Assembly: GCA_016208765.1 (NCBI GenBank)
Contig: JACQXK010000004.1
Location: 20,243-84,242 of the forward strand
DNA: 64,000 nt
Reading direction: 5' to 3'
Origin: Candidatus Omnitrophota bacterium
Lineage (GTDB): Bacteria; Omnitrophota; Gorgyraeia; Gygaellales; Profunditerraquicolaceae
The translations under genes were made by a program, and so were the position numbers. How positions within the stretch are numbered: the stretch's first letter is position 1; every line of letters begins with the position of its first letter. Under the pieces are notes generated by a model, which saw only the letters and a list, made by a program, of their open reading frames with translations, was not told the DNA's origin and did not search any database. This document shows positions 62,496 through 64,000 of the stretch, in pieces.

Positions 62496-64000
62496 TTATC
62501 CCTCTGAATCTTCCTCCAGGCCCAATTTCTGTTCTAATTTCTTCTGCTCTAAAATCCGCTTATATTCAAGCGGCATAACCTTAATGAATTTTTTGCAGTT
62601 TGACTCAAAATCATCAAGGATCTTTTTTGCGATACTGCTTTGTGTATATTTATAATGGCTATGCAATAAGCGTGAAACTATTTCCATATCTTCTAAATTA
62701 AGTTTATCAAGTTCTACCATGTTTAAGTTACACCTATCCCTGAATCTTGCATCTGAATCATAAACATAAGCAACTCCACCGGACATTCCTGCGGCAAAAT
62801 TCCTGCCGGTTACACCCAAAACCACCACATGCCCGCCGGTCATATACTCACAACCATGATCCCCTACGCCTTCAACCACTGCATTTAATCCTGAGTTACG
62901 AATACAAAACCTCTCCCCGGCCAATCCCCGGATATAAGCCTCGCCTCTAATTGCTCCATAAAAAGTGGTGTTACCGATAATAATATTCCCTTCCGGAGCA
63001 TATCTTACATTCTTATCCGGATAAATTATGATCTTTCCTCCGGAAATACCCTTGCCCACATAGTCATTGCTCATACCCTCTAACTCAAAGGTAACCCCTT
63101 TTGAAAGCCAAGCGCCAAAACTCTGCCCTGCAACACCTTTAAATTTAAAATAAACAGTATCCTCGGCTAAACCATCCTCGCCATGGCGTTTGCAAATCTC
63201 ACCGCTCAACATAGCTCCCGTAGCCCTGTCGGTATTATGAATACCTAATTCCTCTTTTACGGATTCTTTGATTTCAATTGCTTTTTTGGCAAGCTGGATC
63301 AGCCTGCGGTCTAAAACCTTATCTATCTTATGATCTTGAGTAATCATGCAATGACTTCCAACTGATGCATTTACCTGCGGCTTATAAAGCAGGCGCGATA
63401 AATCCAATCCCTTAGCCTTCCACGGTAAAATTGCTTCATTTGTTTCCAGAAAATCTGTCCGTCCGATCAAATCGTCCAACCTACGCACCCCAAGAGAGCT
63501 CATGATCTGCCGCAGCTCTTCAATCACGAAACGAAAATAATTCTCTATATATTCCGGCTTACCCTGAAATCTTTTTTCAAGAATATCATCCTGAGTAGCA
63601 ATTCCCACCGAACAGTTATTTAAATTACAGTGCCTAAGCATTACACACCCCAGGACAATTAAAACTGCGGTGCAAAAACCAAACTCCTCAGCGCCCATCA
63701 TGGCTGCAATTGCAACATCCCTGCCGGTGCGCATCTGGCCGTCTGTCTGCAGCCGCACGCGGCTCCTTAAGTCATTTAACACCAGCGTCTGATGGGTTTC
63801 AGAAATTCCAAGTTCCCAGGGAAGCCCTGCATGTTTAATTGAACTTAGAGGAGAGGCGCCCGTGCCTCCGTCTCCTCCGGAAATTAAGATCATATCCGCA
63901 TGGCCCTTGGCAACACCTGCTGCAATTGTGCCGACGCCGATTTCCGAGACCAGCTTTACGCTGATGCGCGCCAGAGGATTAGTATTTTTTAAATCAAAAA
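62496..64000 (-). CDS. gltB: Glutamate synthase large subunit, 3' part (5' end outside the window)
   Basis: Frame is open to the window end (VKLVSEIGVGTIAAG). GGTGASP, CVMLRHCNLNNC.VGIATQ, GXGXG domain. Confidence 0.96.
   Translation of the reverse strand, partial: FDLKNTNPLARISVKLVSEIGVGTIAAGVAKGHADMILISGGDGGTGASPLSSIKHAGLPWELGISETHQTLVLNDLRSRVRLQTDGQMRTGRDVAIAAMMGAEEFGFCTAVLIVLGCVMLRHCNLNNCSVGIATQDDILEKRFQGKPEYIENYFRFVIEELRQIMSSLGVRRLDDLIGRTDFLETNEAILPWKAKGLDLSRLLYKPQVNASVGSHCMITQDHKIDKVLDRRLIQLAKKAIEIKESVKEELGIHNTDRATGAMLSGEICKRHGEDGLAEDTVYFKFKGVAGQSFGAWLSKGVTFELEGMSNDYVGKGISGGKIIIYPDKNVRYAPEGNIIIGNTTFYGAIRGEAYIRGLAGERFCIRNSGLNAVVEGVGDHGCEYMTGGHVVVLGVTGRNFAAGMSGGVAYVYDSDARFRDRCNLNMVELDKLNLEDMEIVSRLLHSHYKYTQSSIAKKILDDFESNCKKFIKVMPLEYKRILEQKKLEQKLGLEEDSEG

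Overview
Bacterial chromosomal window of moderate-to-low GC with almost all genes on the minus strand. The large secreted modular protein and the gene content suggest Omnitrophota (PVC superphylum); this is an inference. Housekeeping blocks: gltB(partial)-gltD, an ArsR-led Ehr (hydrogenase-related, Ni-less) hyfBCEFGI-like operon, a complete F1Fo atp operon, pyrG-carA-half carB, feoAB/ZIP, bioY and two-component genes. Best signals: (1) a signal-peptide-bearing modular protein of about 2280 aa, split by one frameshift. Its PGM/PMM, PGI and unknown cargo domains are separated by a repeated ASSA(V/A) peptide and bracketed by GGIQF/GGIDF motifs. (2) A TPP riboswitch controlling pncA-thi4. (3) An unannotated 26-aa bL37-like ORF and an N-terminally altered bL27. 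(4) A GNAT-HAD-aminotransferase-ureohydrolase cluster followed by an RmlD fused to a degenerate Clp-type AAA domain and a PMI. (5) Three families of dispersed structured repeats, plus palindromes inserted in frame in a gene. No CRISPR, tRNA, rRNA or transposase was seen. All calls come from reading motifs by eye; no searches were run.
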